Shown here piece after piece: positions 16,524-25,833 of a stretch of DNA of 64,000 nt. The notes under the pieces are model-generated. The model did not search any database. It had not been told where the DNA came from and saw nothing but the letters and a program-made list of their open reading frames with translations. The stretch lies in contig OY771555.1 in assembly GCA_963674785.1 (NCBI GenBank), forward strand, positions 224,001 to 288,000. The letters run 5' to 3'. The translations under genes and the position numbers were made by a program. Within the stretch, counting starts at the first letter, position 1. The number at the start of each line of letters is the position of its first letter. The stretch comes from Caldisericia bacterium (GTDB lineage: Bacteria > Caldisericota > Caldisericia > JAAYUI01).

Positions 16524-18751
16524 AAAGTATCTGGTTTTTTCTCAAGAAAAACCCTTTATTACTTGCAATTGTCTTTCTTCTCTTAACACAATCGCTATTT
16601 GTATTTGCTGGTACGGGTTCGAGTTGGAATAGCTACAGAAAAGATTGTGGGAATAGCGGAGTTGCCGATCCGCCAATTACTCCCCCATTGAAACTTTTCT
16701 GGAAGCAGAACGTTGGTACAAATTTCAAGAACGAGATAGTTGAACACAACGATCTAGTATTCGTTTGCTCCGACACACTAAAGGTTTACGAATCAGACGG
16801 GGACTTTTACTGGGAGTTCAAAACAGACACCCCTGTCACAACAACCGCGTTTGCAACAGATAATACGGTCATCATTGGTTGCGAAGACGGAAGGATTATA
16901 GGAGTAGATATTTCAACGCATTTGGCATCATGGGAGATTGAAAGCAATGGAAAAATTGCACAGGGAATTTGTGGTGCTGATGATTATTGTTACATTGCCA
17001 ACTCAGCTGGAACTCTATTGAAACTTGTCCCTGATACTGGAAAAAAAGTATTTCAGACAATGCTTGATGCTCCCTTATCGTTCGGACCTGTTTTGTCAGA
17101 ACATGGTCTCATTATTGGAGATGATGATGGGAACCTCTACGGTTTAAATTCTGAGGATGGGTCAAGTCGATGGAAAAGTCCCATCGCAGGATCGAGAATT
17201 GGGGGAATTTTACTTCATGAAAACAAGGTTTTTTTCGGAAGCTACGACAATAAGGTTTATTGTGTAGAAACCGAGAACGGTGAGAAACTCTGGGAAACTC
17301 GCGTCAATGGATGGATTGAAAAAACTCCAGTGGTAGTAAGAGACAAGCTCTTTGTGAAAATCAGAGAGACAATGCTAACTTCTTTTAATCCTGAAACTGG
17401 AGAAAATTTGTGGAGCAAAGAAACTCAACCAAGTAGCTCAGAACTTCTTGTTTGTGACGATATAATCTACTTTGGAGACAACAGGAGACTAAGCTCGATT
17501 TCTAGTTCATACATAATCCAACAGTATTTTGAGTTTTCTGAAGAGCAGATAACCTCAATATCTCTGATTGGCAACAAGATCTATCTTGGTCTATCTGTTG
17601 GCTTTTCTGATATTGGAAGAATTGCATGTATGATTCCAGACGGCTCGATAAGAGTAAATCCTCAGGTTGTTGAAGAAACAGTTAGCACAACAGATGAAAA
17701 CCCTGAGATCACGATAACTGTTACAAACACAAAAGATGATATTTGGGACAGAAAAGTCGAGATCGGCTTACTCACTGAACAAAAATGGCTTACAATTGAC
17801 AAACCAACATTCACACTCGAGGGCGGACAAAGTCAGACCATTAAGATTAGTATCAACCCTTTCTTCCCAGGCATAGTAGGAAAAAACAACGCAAAAATAT
17901 CAATAATACAGGTTTCAAAAAAACCAAGACATATAAGACCAGAGGATGAGACCTCAATTGATGACAATAAGGCAAATGAATATGTTATCGAATTACCCCT
18001 TGTAATCACAATTGATGACCCAATTGCACCAAAGCTTTGCATGGACATAAATGATGTTGATCTTGGATATGTCTCTACATACGGATATCAAAGAATACCA
18101 ATTCAACTCTCAAATTGTGGCGGAAGGACACTTGAGCTTACTCTTACGCCAATCGCTTACCCAAGATGGCTTACAGTTTCACACAGCAAAATAAGTATTG
18201 AGCCTGGAGAGACTGCCAAAGTGTACATTGGTGTGACTGGGTCAAAAACAGAACCCGAAGCCGGATACAAATGTGACTTCCAAGGTGCCTTAAAAGTTGA
18301 AACAAACACAGGTGAGGTAAACACAATTCTTTGTAAAACAAGGTGTCTTGGGATCCCACTCCCCACAACAATCTCGCTAAAAATTGGTTCAGCCGATGTC
18401 ATCATGAATAGCGTTTCGAAAACCTTTGAACCTCCATCATACATCAATGATGGAAGAACGATGGTACCATTACGACTTATAGCCGAGGCATTTTTCACAT
18501 CCGTTGACTGGGATGGAAACACAAAAACAATTACTATAAGAGGATGTGATACTGTTGTTAACTTCAAGGTTGGAGATGTTTCTGTGCATCTTTTGGATGA
18601 AAATGGTGAACAAACAATTCAGATTGACACACCACCTGAGATAAAAGATGGAAGAACATTCATTCCTATCAGAGCGGTATCAGACATTCTTGGTGGTAAT
18701 ATTTCTTGGGATGGTCCAACAAAAACCGTTGGGATAGTATACAATCCATAA
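16520..18751 (+). CDS. Secreted PQQ-like beta-propeller, BACON-like and stalk domain protein (probable CTG start)
   Basis: Frame is open from CTG at 16520, giving a signal peptide. It has GxxxW propeller repeats and GRTMVPLR / GRTFIPIR stalk motifs. Confidence 0.8.
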   Translation: MKSIWFFLKKNPLLLAIVFLLLTQSLFVFAGTGSSWNSYRKDCGNSGVADPPITPPLKLFWKQNVGTNFKNEIVEHNDLVFVCSDTLKVYESDGDFYWEFKTDTPVTTTAFATDNTVIIGCEDGRIIGVDISTHLASWEIESNGKIAQGICGADDYCYIANSAGTLLKLVPDTGKKVFQTMLDAPLSFGPVLSEHGLIIGDDDGNLYGLNSEDGSSRWKSPIAGSRIGGILLHENKVFFGSYDNKVYCVETENGEKLWETRVNGWIEKTPVVVRDKLFVKIRETMLTSFNPETGENLWSKETQPSSSELLVCDDIIYFGDNRRLSSISSSYIIQQYFEFSEEQITSISLIGNKIYLGLSVGFSDIGRIACMIPDGSIRVNPQVVEETVSTTDENPEITITVTNTKDDIWDRKVEIGLLTEQKWLTIDKPTFTLEGGQSQTIKISINPFFPGIVGKNNAKISIIQVSKKPRHIRPEDETSIDDNKANEYVIELPLVITIDDPIAPKLCMDINDVDLGYVSTYGYQRIPIQLSNCGGRTLELTLTPIAYPRWLTVSHSKISIEPGETAKVYIGVTGSKTEPEAGYKCDFQGALKVETNTGEVNTILCKTRCLGIPLPTTISLKIGSADVIMNSVSKTFEPPSYINDGRTMVPLRLIAEAFFTSVDWDGNTKTITIRGCDTVVNFKVGDVSVHLLDENGEQTIQIDTPPEIKDGRTFIPIRAVSDILGGNISWDGPTKTVGIVYNP

Positions 18752-18754
18752 ATC

Positions 18755-20965
18755 ATGTCTGATTCAAAAAAACATCTAAAATTCATCGGGATAGTTCAAG
18801 GTGTTGGATTCAGACCTTTTGTCTATAGAATCGCCAAAGAAAACAATCTTTCAGGATGGGTTCGGAATATTGGAGATGGTGTTGAAGTTCTATTTTCCGG
18901 CGAACAAGGCAGAATCTCTAGAGCAATTCACCAAATAAAATTCGAAAACCCACCACTCGCAAGGGTTGATCAAGTCATTGAGCTAGATGAAGTTCCCACC
19001 GAAAACCCTATTGATTTCAATATCTTAAAATCGCCTGATGATACACCATCTGCCATCCTTGTTCCACCTGATATTGCTATCTGTGATGATTGTAAAAGGG
19101 AGCTTCTCGACCCAGAAAACCCAAGGTATAGGCATCCACTTATTTCCTGCACAAACTGCGGACCTCGAATGTCTATCCTTAAAGACCTTCCTTATGACAG
19201 GCACACTATAACACAAGGTGAATTTGAGCTTTGTGAATTCTGCAAAGATGAGTATTCAAACCCAGAAAACAGACGTTATCACGCCCAAACAATCGCCTGC
19301 AATGAATGCGGACCAAAATATTCTTTTGGTGACCTGAAGGATTATGATGCAATTGCTAAAATCAAGGAATTGATTCTAGCAGGAAGCATTGTAGCTATTA
19401 AAGGCATCGGAGGATACCACCTCGCTTGTCTTGCAAAAGATTTTGATGCAGTAGAAAAACTCAGGGAACTCAAAAAACGCGGGGACGAACCTCTTGCTGT
19501 AATGGTTGCAAGCATAGAGGCCGTAAAAAATATTGCAGAAATATCTGAGGTAGAGGAAAAACTTCTGGCCTCTTGGCAAGCACCAATTGTTCTTCTTAAA
19601 AAATCTAAGGATTACAATCTTTCTGAAAATATAGCACCTGACACAGACAAAATTGGAGTATTTCTCCCATATACCCCTCTTCATATGCTTCTTATGGAAA
19701 ACATGCCACCGATTGTCCTGACATCTGCCAACCTTCATGATGAACCAATTGCATCATCCAAAGAGAAGGTAGTTAAAGGAATTCCAATTCTCTCAAACAA
19801 CAGAGTCATTTCTCATCCAATCGATGATTCGGTTTGCGATGTGATATTTGATAAGGCGAGAGTTCTGAGACGTGCAAGGGGATTTGTCCCTGAAACAATT
19901 CCACTCAAAACAAAAAAACCGGTGCTTGCTCTCGGTCCTCAGATGAAATCAACTTTCTGTTTTGCTTGGAATGATCAAGCATTAGTTTCTCAACACATTG
20001 GGGAACTCAGCAACCCTCACACATTCGAAAGATATTCGGATACTCTTAAATCCTTCCGAAAACTCTTTGGTTTTAAAGAAGAAGTGGTTGCATACGACAT
20101 GCACCCCGGATACACAAATACAATCCACAAAAATGAATTAACAAATATAACTGATTTTATCCCCGTTCAACACCACCATGCACACATTGTCTCGGTTATG
20201 GCTGAGTATGACCTTCATGAACCAGTAATTGGAATCTCTGCAGATGGCATCGGATATGGCACAGACGGAACAATCTGGGGTTTTGAGTTCCTCGTATCAA
20301 GTCGATCAGAATTTGTAAGGGCAGGACACCTAAAGCCATTCAAGCTTCCGGGCGGAGATGCCGCAGTCAAGGATGCTGGAAGAATCGCTTATTCACTGCT
20401 TTCAGAGATCGGACTTCAAGACAAAGCTGGGATCGAAGATAACCTAGCCGGTACAATTCCAATAATGCTTGAAAAGAATATCAATTCCCCTACCACTTCA
20501 TCACTTGGCAGACTTTTTGATGCCTTCTCATACCTTGCAGGGCTCGGAAGATATTCATCATTTGAAGCACAACTTGCCATAAAACTTGAATCAAAATTTG
20601 ACAAATCACACCCAACATTACAATTCCCGTTAACAGACATGGGAGACCATTTTGAAGTTGACTGGCGACTTGCACTAACAAATGCATTGAGCTTCCCAGA
20701 AGGAATCCCTGGTGGATTCCACAAAGGAATTGTCATGGCAATAATAAATGGGGTAAGGATTCTTAGAGATAAAACTGGAATCAGGAAAGTTGCTCTTTCT
20801 GGCGGATGTTTTGCAAACAAAGTATTGACAAACATGGTTTTTTCGGCATTGACCAAGATGGGATTTATTGTATACATTAACCACAAATTTCCACCAGGAG
20901 ATGGAAATGTGAGCCTCGGACAAGCAGTCATTGCAACCGAGATTTTGAAAAAAAGAAGTAACTAG
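18755..20965 (+). CDS. hypF: Carbamoyltransferase HypF
   Basis: GIVQGVGFRPFVY, CTNCGPR, RRYHAQ, KGIGGYHL, QHHHAH and GDGNVSLGQ. Confidence 0.97.
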   Translation: MSDSKKHLKFIGIVQGVGFRPFVYRIAKENNLSGWVRNIGDGVEVLFSGEQGRISRAIHQIKFENPPLARVDQVIELDEVPTENPIDFNILKSPDDTPSAILVPPDIAICDDCKRELLDPENPRYRHPLISCTNCGPRMSILKDLPYDRHTITQGEFELCEFCKDEYSNPENRRYHAQTIACNECGPKYSFGDLKDYDAIAKIKELILAGSIVAIKGIGGYHLACLAKDFDAVEKLRELKKRGDEPLAVMVASIEAVKNIAEISEVEEKLLASWQAPIVLLKKSKDYNLSENIAPDTDKIGVFLPYTPLHMLLMENMPPIVLTSANLHDEPIASSKEKVVKGIPILSNNRVISHPIDDSVCDVIFDKARVLRRARGFVPETIPLKTKKPVLALGPQMKSTFCFAWNDQALVSQHIGELSNPHTFERYSDTLKSFRKLFGFKEEVVAYDMHPGYTNTIHKNELTNITDFIPVQHHHAHIVSVMAEYDLHEPVIGISADGIGYGTDGTIWGFEFLVSSRSEFVRAGHLKPFKLPGGDAAVKDAGRIAYSLLSEIGLQDKAGIEDNLAGTIPIMLEKNINSPTTSSLGRLFDAFSYLAGLGRYSSFEAQLAIKLESKFDKSHPTLQFPLTDMGDHFEVDWRLALTNALSFPEGIPGGFHKGIVMAIINGVRILRDKTGIRKVALSGGCFANKVLTNMVFSALTKMGFIVYINHKFPPGDGNVSLGQAVIATEILKKRSN

Positions 20966-20977
20966 GAGGAAATCAAG

Positions 20978-21214
20978 ATGTGTCTTGCAATTCCTGCAAA
21001 ACTTATAGAAATAAATGGAGCAAACGGTGTTGTTGATATGGGTGGCGTAAAGCGCGAAACCCGACTCGACATGGTACCAGATGCAAAACTTGGGGACTTT
21101 GTGCTTCTTCACACAGGGTTTGCAATCGAGATTGTTGAGGAGCAGACAGCAAAAGAGATGCTTGAGACAATCGCTAAGGCGTTTGGCACCGAAAGAGCGG
21201 AAGAACAAAGATAA
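20978..21214 (+). CDS. hypC: Hydrogenase assembly chaperone HypC
   Basis: MCLAIP N-terminus and VLLHTGFAI; SD AGGAGG. Confidence 0.97.
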   Translation: MCLAIPAKLIEINGANGVVDMGGVKRETRLDMVPDAKLGDFVLLHTGFAIEIVEEQTAKEMLETIAKAFGTERAEEQR

Positions 21215-21218
21215 AAAG

Positions 21219-22292
21219 ATGCCTGATCAAAACAAGCAAATAGCAAGGCAGCTAGCTGAAAAAATAAGGGCAAACGTTACACACCCCATGACAATCATGG
21301 AGGTTTGCGGCACACACACTCACGCACTTTTTGCCCACGGCATCCGCTCCATAATCCCACCAGAACTTAATCTTATCTCTGGCCCCGGTTGTCCTGTGTG
21401 TGTTACATCGCAACATGACATCGACATCATGATTAAACTCGCGTCAGTCCCTACTCTCACAATCTGCACATTTGGTGACATGATGCGTGTTCCTGGCACA
21501 AAAGGATCATTACTTACCGAACGAGCAAATGGTACAGATATACGTGTTATGTATTCACCATTTGATGTTATCTCCTGGGCTGAGGCAGATCCTTCAAGAG
21601 AGTTTGTTCTCATAGGAATTGGATTTGAAACCACAATCCCAAGTTTTGGGGCAACAATCAAAGCAGCGAAAGAAAAAGGTATTAAAAATCTTTCAATCCT
21701 CTCGCTTCACAAATCAGTTGTTGATGCCCTTGAGCCACTTGCAACAATTCCGGGAGTAAGTGTTGATGGACTCATTCTGCCTGGACATGTCGTCACAATT
21801 ACTGGAATCGAACCATTCAAAATCCTTGAGACAGAGTTTGGAACAGCATCAGTTGTCACAGGTTTTGAGGCAATTGACATGATTGCATCCATCGAGTACT
21901 TGACCAGAATGATCCACGATAAAACCCCAAAGGTACTCAATCAGTACACAAGGGTTGTCAAAAACGAGGGCAACAGGATTGCTCAAGAAATCATAAAAGA
22001 AGTCTTCACACCGTGTGACTCAAACTGGCGCGGGATGGGAAACCTCCCAGGAACAGGTCTCACCCTTAGCAAAGAGTATGAGGATTTTGATGTACTCAAA
22101 AGACACAAGGTTGAAATGGAAGAATCAAAGGAACCACCAGGGTGTATCTGCGGTCAAGTCATCACAGGTTCAGCAAAACCTACCGAATGTCCCCTCTTTG
22201 CTAAGGTTTGCACCCCAGCAAACCCAGTCGGCCCCTGCATGGTTTCGGGTGAAGGGTCGTGTAGTGCGTATTATAAATATAGCAGGATATAA
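21219..22292 (+). CDS. hypD: Hydrogenase formation protein HypD
   Basis: MEVCGTHT, GPGCPVCV, GFETT, PGHV and GPCMVSGEGSC. Start moved to MPDQ. Confidence 0.97.
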   Translation: MPDQNKQIARQLAEKIRANVTHPMTIMEVCGTHTHALFAHGIRSIIPPELNLISGPGCPVCVTSQHDIDIMIKLASVPTLTICTFGDMMRVPGTKGSLLTERANGTDIRVMYSPFDVISWAEADPSREFVLIGIGFETTIPSFGATIKAAKEKGIKNLSILSLHKSVVDALEPLATIPGVSVDGLILPGHVVTITGIEPFKILETEFGTASVVTGFEAIDMIASIEYLTRMIHDKTPKVLNQYTRVVKNEGNRIAQEIIKEVFTPCDSNWRGMGNLPGTGLTLSKEYEDFDVLKRHKVEMEESKEPPGCICGQVITGSAKPTECPLFAKVCTPANPVGPCMVSGEGSCSAYYKYSRI

Positions 22293-22300
22293 CTACTCTT

Positions 22301-22861
22301 TTATTTTTTGAACAATACAAAAGAATCCAGGAAATCTGTCACGATTTCGATATGCGAAGCATCATTTGCATTATACCCAATTTCTATCTCGACAACATCG
22401 CCATTACACAAAAAAACGATTTCATTAGAAATACGCTTCTTTGTTTTAACGGAAAAGGACTGAAACAGATATCCATCAACTTTTCCAAAACTAAATGGGC
22501 TGATTTCTCTTTCAATCCATTCATCAGAAACCAGATTGATTTCCTCCCACAAGTCAAAAGAAATATTTGAGACCTTAATATGAAAATCTGGATAACTATA
22601 AAAATATCCACCCCAGGCTGTCGGCTTGGAGATTCTAACCTTGCTTTCTGATACAATTGGCTCAGGATAAGTCAAAGGAAAATTAAAACCAAAATCCCCA
22701 TTAATAACCGCAACCCTTTTCCCAAAAAAGGAGAAGTCGTACATATAAAAAAATGGGGGATCGCTCGACTCATCGATTTGATTAGTACATCCAAAAATTC
22801 CAACAAACAAAGCGAAAGCCAGACTATAACTTAGGATCAGCAACCCCAGTCTTTTCATCAA
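22301..22861 (-). CDS. Hypothetical lipoprotein
   Basis: Signal peptide with an IFGC lipobox. Confidence 0.65.
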   Translation of the reverse strand: MMKRLGLLILSYSLAFALFVGIFGCTNQIDESSDPPFFYMYDFSFFGKRVAVINGDFGFNFPLTYPEPIVSESKVRISKPTAWGGYFYSYPDFHIKVSNISFDLWEEINLVSDEWIEREISPFSFGKVDGYLFQSFSVKTKKRISNEIVFLCNGDVVEIEIGYNANDASHIEIVTDFLDSFVLFKK

Positions 22862-22862
22862 C

Positions 22863-23549
22863 TTACTCTTTCAACTCATTCCAAAGCTTTAAAAATTCTG
22901 CACTCTTTTGTTTTGCAAAAGCTGGATCCCTCAGAATTAACGAGAAACCTTCTCGCTCCTTCAGCCCTTCAAAACTAAAATCATGAGTACCAATAATCAC
23001 ATATTTATCATCGATAACAGTAAAGAAGTTTTTTACATCTCTACATTCTTTGTGTTCAATCCCGTTTAAAACACTTCTCACATCATAATCACAAAATAAA
23101 CTCTCAGAAATAACCTTCACATCGACATTGTTTTTCGTTGTATATCTGAATGCAACATCAAAATCACTTGTAAAATCATCAATATCCAAGGCTCTCTGTA
23201 AAATGTAAATGCTTTTGTCTGCACCCATAATCGCACTTACTAATTCATCTTCAAGTTCTTCGTTTCGGCAAACAATGGGATATTCGTCCCTATCCTCAAT
23301 ATGGACTGTTTTTGTTTCAGCGTTCCAATCCACATCATACCCAAACACTTCGGAGATAAACCTCACAGGAACCATTGTTCTTCCGTCAATAATGACTGGT
23401 GGTGAGTCAAGACCAATCTCCTCACCATTTACAAATGCTTTTGAACTCCCAATTGTAAGGTCAATCCCAGAATTTGAACCCATCACCAAAAATGGAAAAC
23501 ATAGAATTGATACAACAATTAAAGTTAGAACAGATTTTGACTTATACAT
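22863..23549 (-). CDS. Secreted stalk domain plus degenerate phospholipase D-like domain
   Basis: GRTMVPVRFISE; AIMGADKSIYI..VKNFFTVIDDKYVIIGTHDFS, in which the HKD motif is eroded. Confidence 0.7.
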   Translation of the reverse strand: MYKSKSVLTLIVVSILCFPFLVMGSNSGIDLTIGSSKAFVNGEEIGLDSPPVIIDGRTMVPVRFISEVFGYDVDWNAETKTVHIEDRDEYPIVCRNEELEDELVSAIMGADKSIYILQRALDIDDFTSDFDVAFRYTTKNNVDVKVISESLFCDYDVRSVLNGIEHKECRDVKNFFTVIDDKYVIIGTHDFSFEGLKEREGFSLILRDPAFAKQKSAEFLKLWNELKE

Positions 23550-23682
23550 ACACCCTCCTTCAAATTAAAGATCACACATCCCTTTTCCAACAACAAAAAC
23601 AATAAAAACTAATAATTATTATTCTCTAGGATGTGTTCTCTACAATTAATTTGCATTTAGAGATTGGGTTCGATATTTAACC

Positions 23683-25770
23683 TTATGGAGTATATGTAAG
23701 TATTATCTCCTTAGTTTCTGCTACCCACTCAACCTCACAACCAACGCTTTCTGCAAGGAATCTCATTGGAACCATTGTTCTATCATTGATTATTGTTGGT
23801 ACTACATCTGGGTTGTCTGGATCTATTTGTACTTCTTCCCCGTTTATCTTTGCTGTAGGTTTCCCAATCCAGAATTCGACAGTGGTTTCCCCAAGCGAAC
23901 AAACAACAGCTTTATCTGTTGCGTTCCAAGAGACATCACCACCAAGTGGTTCTGTTACAAATCTTGCGGGGAGGAGGGTGCGACCATTTTGGATTACTGG
24001 TGCAGCATCGATCAGTCTTTCGCTACCATCAATAATATATGACTTTCTGTCTATCTGGAATTCAAGTATCACAGGGTCTAGAACAACTGGTTCAAGGATT
24101 GGGGAAGGGTCTGGATCAGGTTCAGGTGTAGGTTCAGGTTTAGGCTCGGGAGTTGGCTCTGGTTCGGGGATGGGCTCAGGAACAGGCTCGGGTTCTGGAT
24201 CAGGGATGGGTTCAGGTTCTGGTTCATCAGGTACAATATTGTAACATCTAAATCTTGCAATTTTACTATCTTCTTCCAGAGTAATGTCTTCAAGAACAAG
24301 TACACCCCGCCAGTCGACAGCACACACTATAGCATTTTCTGGGTTGTCGTAGTCTGATTTGTTAATCTGCCATTTGATTGATAAGGATTCTGTATCTACT
24401 CCAAATATCTTGTCCTTTGTTTGGATGACAAGTTCATTATCAACAACTTGTACATGTGTTTGTTTTGTGTCAAAAAGTTCAGATGGGATTTCTATGAGTT
24501 CTTTTGGATCTAATCTATCAACTAAGAAGTTGTACTTTTCATTGATATAATCAGGAACTCTTTCTTTTGTATAGTATTCTTTATTTCCATAATCAGGAAA
24601 CTCTTCACAACCTGAACAAAATGTGACTACACGTTTGTCACCTACAAGCGCAATATTTGAGATTATGTATCCTTTGCCAAGAAGTTCTGGGTGGAGTTCA
24701 AATAAATTGACTGATAACCAATAACGGTCTCCCAGTAAACCATCCCACCAATGTTCAGAATTTAAATTCAACACATACCAAGATTCTCCATCCTCGACAT
24801 TTTTATATATCTCAATGTTTCTATCTTTATCAGACAACATCTTTGCACCACACGCAAGACCAAAATGGGTATACGACAAATATCTTGCATCTTTTTTCAG
24901 ATCAAAAAAAAGGAACTCAGTCCACACATTATCATATCCATCATCATCCCTATAGTAACTGTAAGGCCTATACATCCATATATGATATCTTGAGGTATTA
25001 ACTGGTGAATAGAACTCCTCTAAAGGCTTTTCTGCTTTATATGAATAAGACCAATCAACAGCTCCAATTCTTGGGTTTATACATGTTGCTCCATCAATCA
25101 GGTAATATAGCTTTCCATCTCTGAGATCAACTGGAAGATATGGTGCACAATCATGAGTGCCAACTCTACTGTCTTTTATGTGCCAGATAATCTCATCCTT
25201 TGATATGTCATAACATCTGATGTCTGTTTCATATTCATCATTACCATCAAGGTGTGATACTGGTGGGTTACATATTTTTGGCACAGTGTTCAAATAGCTA
25301 TACAATGAAAACTTTGGTGGTAATATTTTATCCCCACCATCTTCAGGGTTTAGAAGGTGATTAGTGTAATTTTCTCCTCTTACAACATCATCTTCATCTG
25401 GTTTTATATTGGGTTCAATGAATAACCATCCTTCTGGTGTGTTGTTAAAGAAAGTATTATTTTGTCTATATTTGTATGGAATGTCTGTTGTCCATTTTTC
25501 GTCTAGTTTTCCAGTAATGTCCAATCCTTCTGGAAACCATTCAACAATGTTTGGGTTTGATGAATCCCCAATTTTGACTAGTTTTGGGTATTCTGATGGT
25601 GGGGTATCGACAAAGACTTCGGTGTCTCCGATCATTCTCTCATAGAAAATGCGAGACTTGGGGCCAGTATTCGGTTGACACACTGAAGATGTCACAAACG
25701 AGTTCCCTGCAACATTTGACGATACTACAAAAACCAGCACAACAGACAACGCAACAAGCACTCTTTTCAT
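23683..25770 (-). CDS. Secreted protein with a propeller-like N-terminus, Pro/Glu linker and stalk domain
   Basis: Signal MKRVLVAL with SD GGAGG; PEPEP linker; GRTLLPARF and DRTMVPMRFLAES. Confidence 0.8.
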   Translation of the reverse strand: MKRVLVALSVVLVFVVSSNVAGNSFVTSSVCQPNTGPKSRIFYERMIGDTEVFVDTPPSEYPKLVKIGDSSNPNIVEWFPEGLDITGKLDEKWTTDIPYKYRQNNTFFNNTPEGWLFIEPNIKPDEDDVVRGENYTNHLLNPEDGGDKILPPKFSLYSYLNTVPKICNPPVSHLDGNDEYETDIRCYDISKDEIIWHIKDSRVGTHDCAPYLPVDLRDGKLYYLIDGATCINPRIGAVDWSYSYKAEKPLEEFYSPVNTSRYHIWMYRPYSYYRDDDGYDNVWTEFLFFDLKKDARYLSYTHFGLACGAKMLSDKDRNIEIYKNVEDGESWYVLNLNSEHWWDGLLGDRYWLSVNLFELHPELLGKGYIISNIALVGDKRVVTFCSGCEEFPDYGNKEYYTKERVPDYINEKYNFLVDRLDPKELIEIPSELFDTKQTHVQVVDNELVIQTKDKIFGVDTESLSIKWQINKSDYDNPENAIVCAVDWRGVLVLEDITLEEDSKIARFRCYNIVPDEPEPEPIPDPEPEPVPEPIPEPEPTPEPKPEPTPEPDPDPSPILEPVVLDPVILEFQIDRKSYIIDGSERLIDAAPVIQNGRTLLPARFVTEPLGGDVSWNATDKAVVCSLGETTVEFWIGKPTAKINGEEVQIDPDNPDVVPTIINDRTMVPMRFLAESVGCEVEWVAETKEIILTYTP
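24101..24231 (-). repeat. Pro-Glu dipeptide-repeat linker
   Basis: PDEPEPEPIPDPEPEPVPEPIPEPEPTPEPKPEPTPEPDPDPSP. Confidence 0.9.
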
Positions 25771-25833
25771 TGTTCCCTCCACAGAGATTTTACCCACAAT
25801 AAAGGATAACACAAGTTAATTACTGGTGGAGGT

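Noticed and set aside
16520-18751. Copper amine oxidase or PQQ dehydrogenase enzymes
   Set aside because: Only the non-catalytic stalk domain and generic propeller repeats are present, with no catalytic domains.
24101-24231. CRISPR array or non-coding tandem repeat
   Set aside because: It is an in-frame Pro-Glu linker. No repeat-spacer structure or cas genes were seen in the window.
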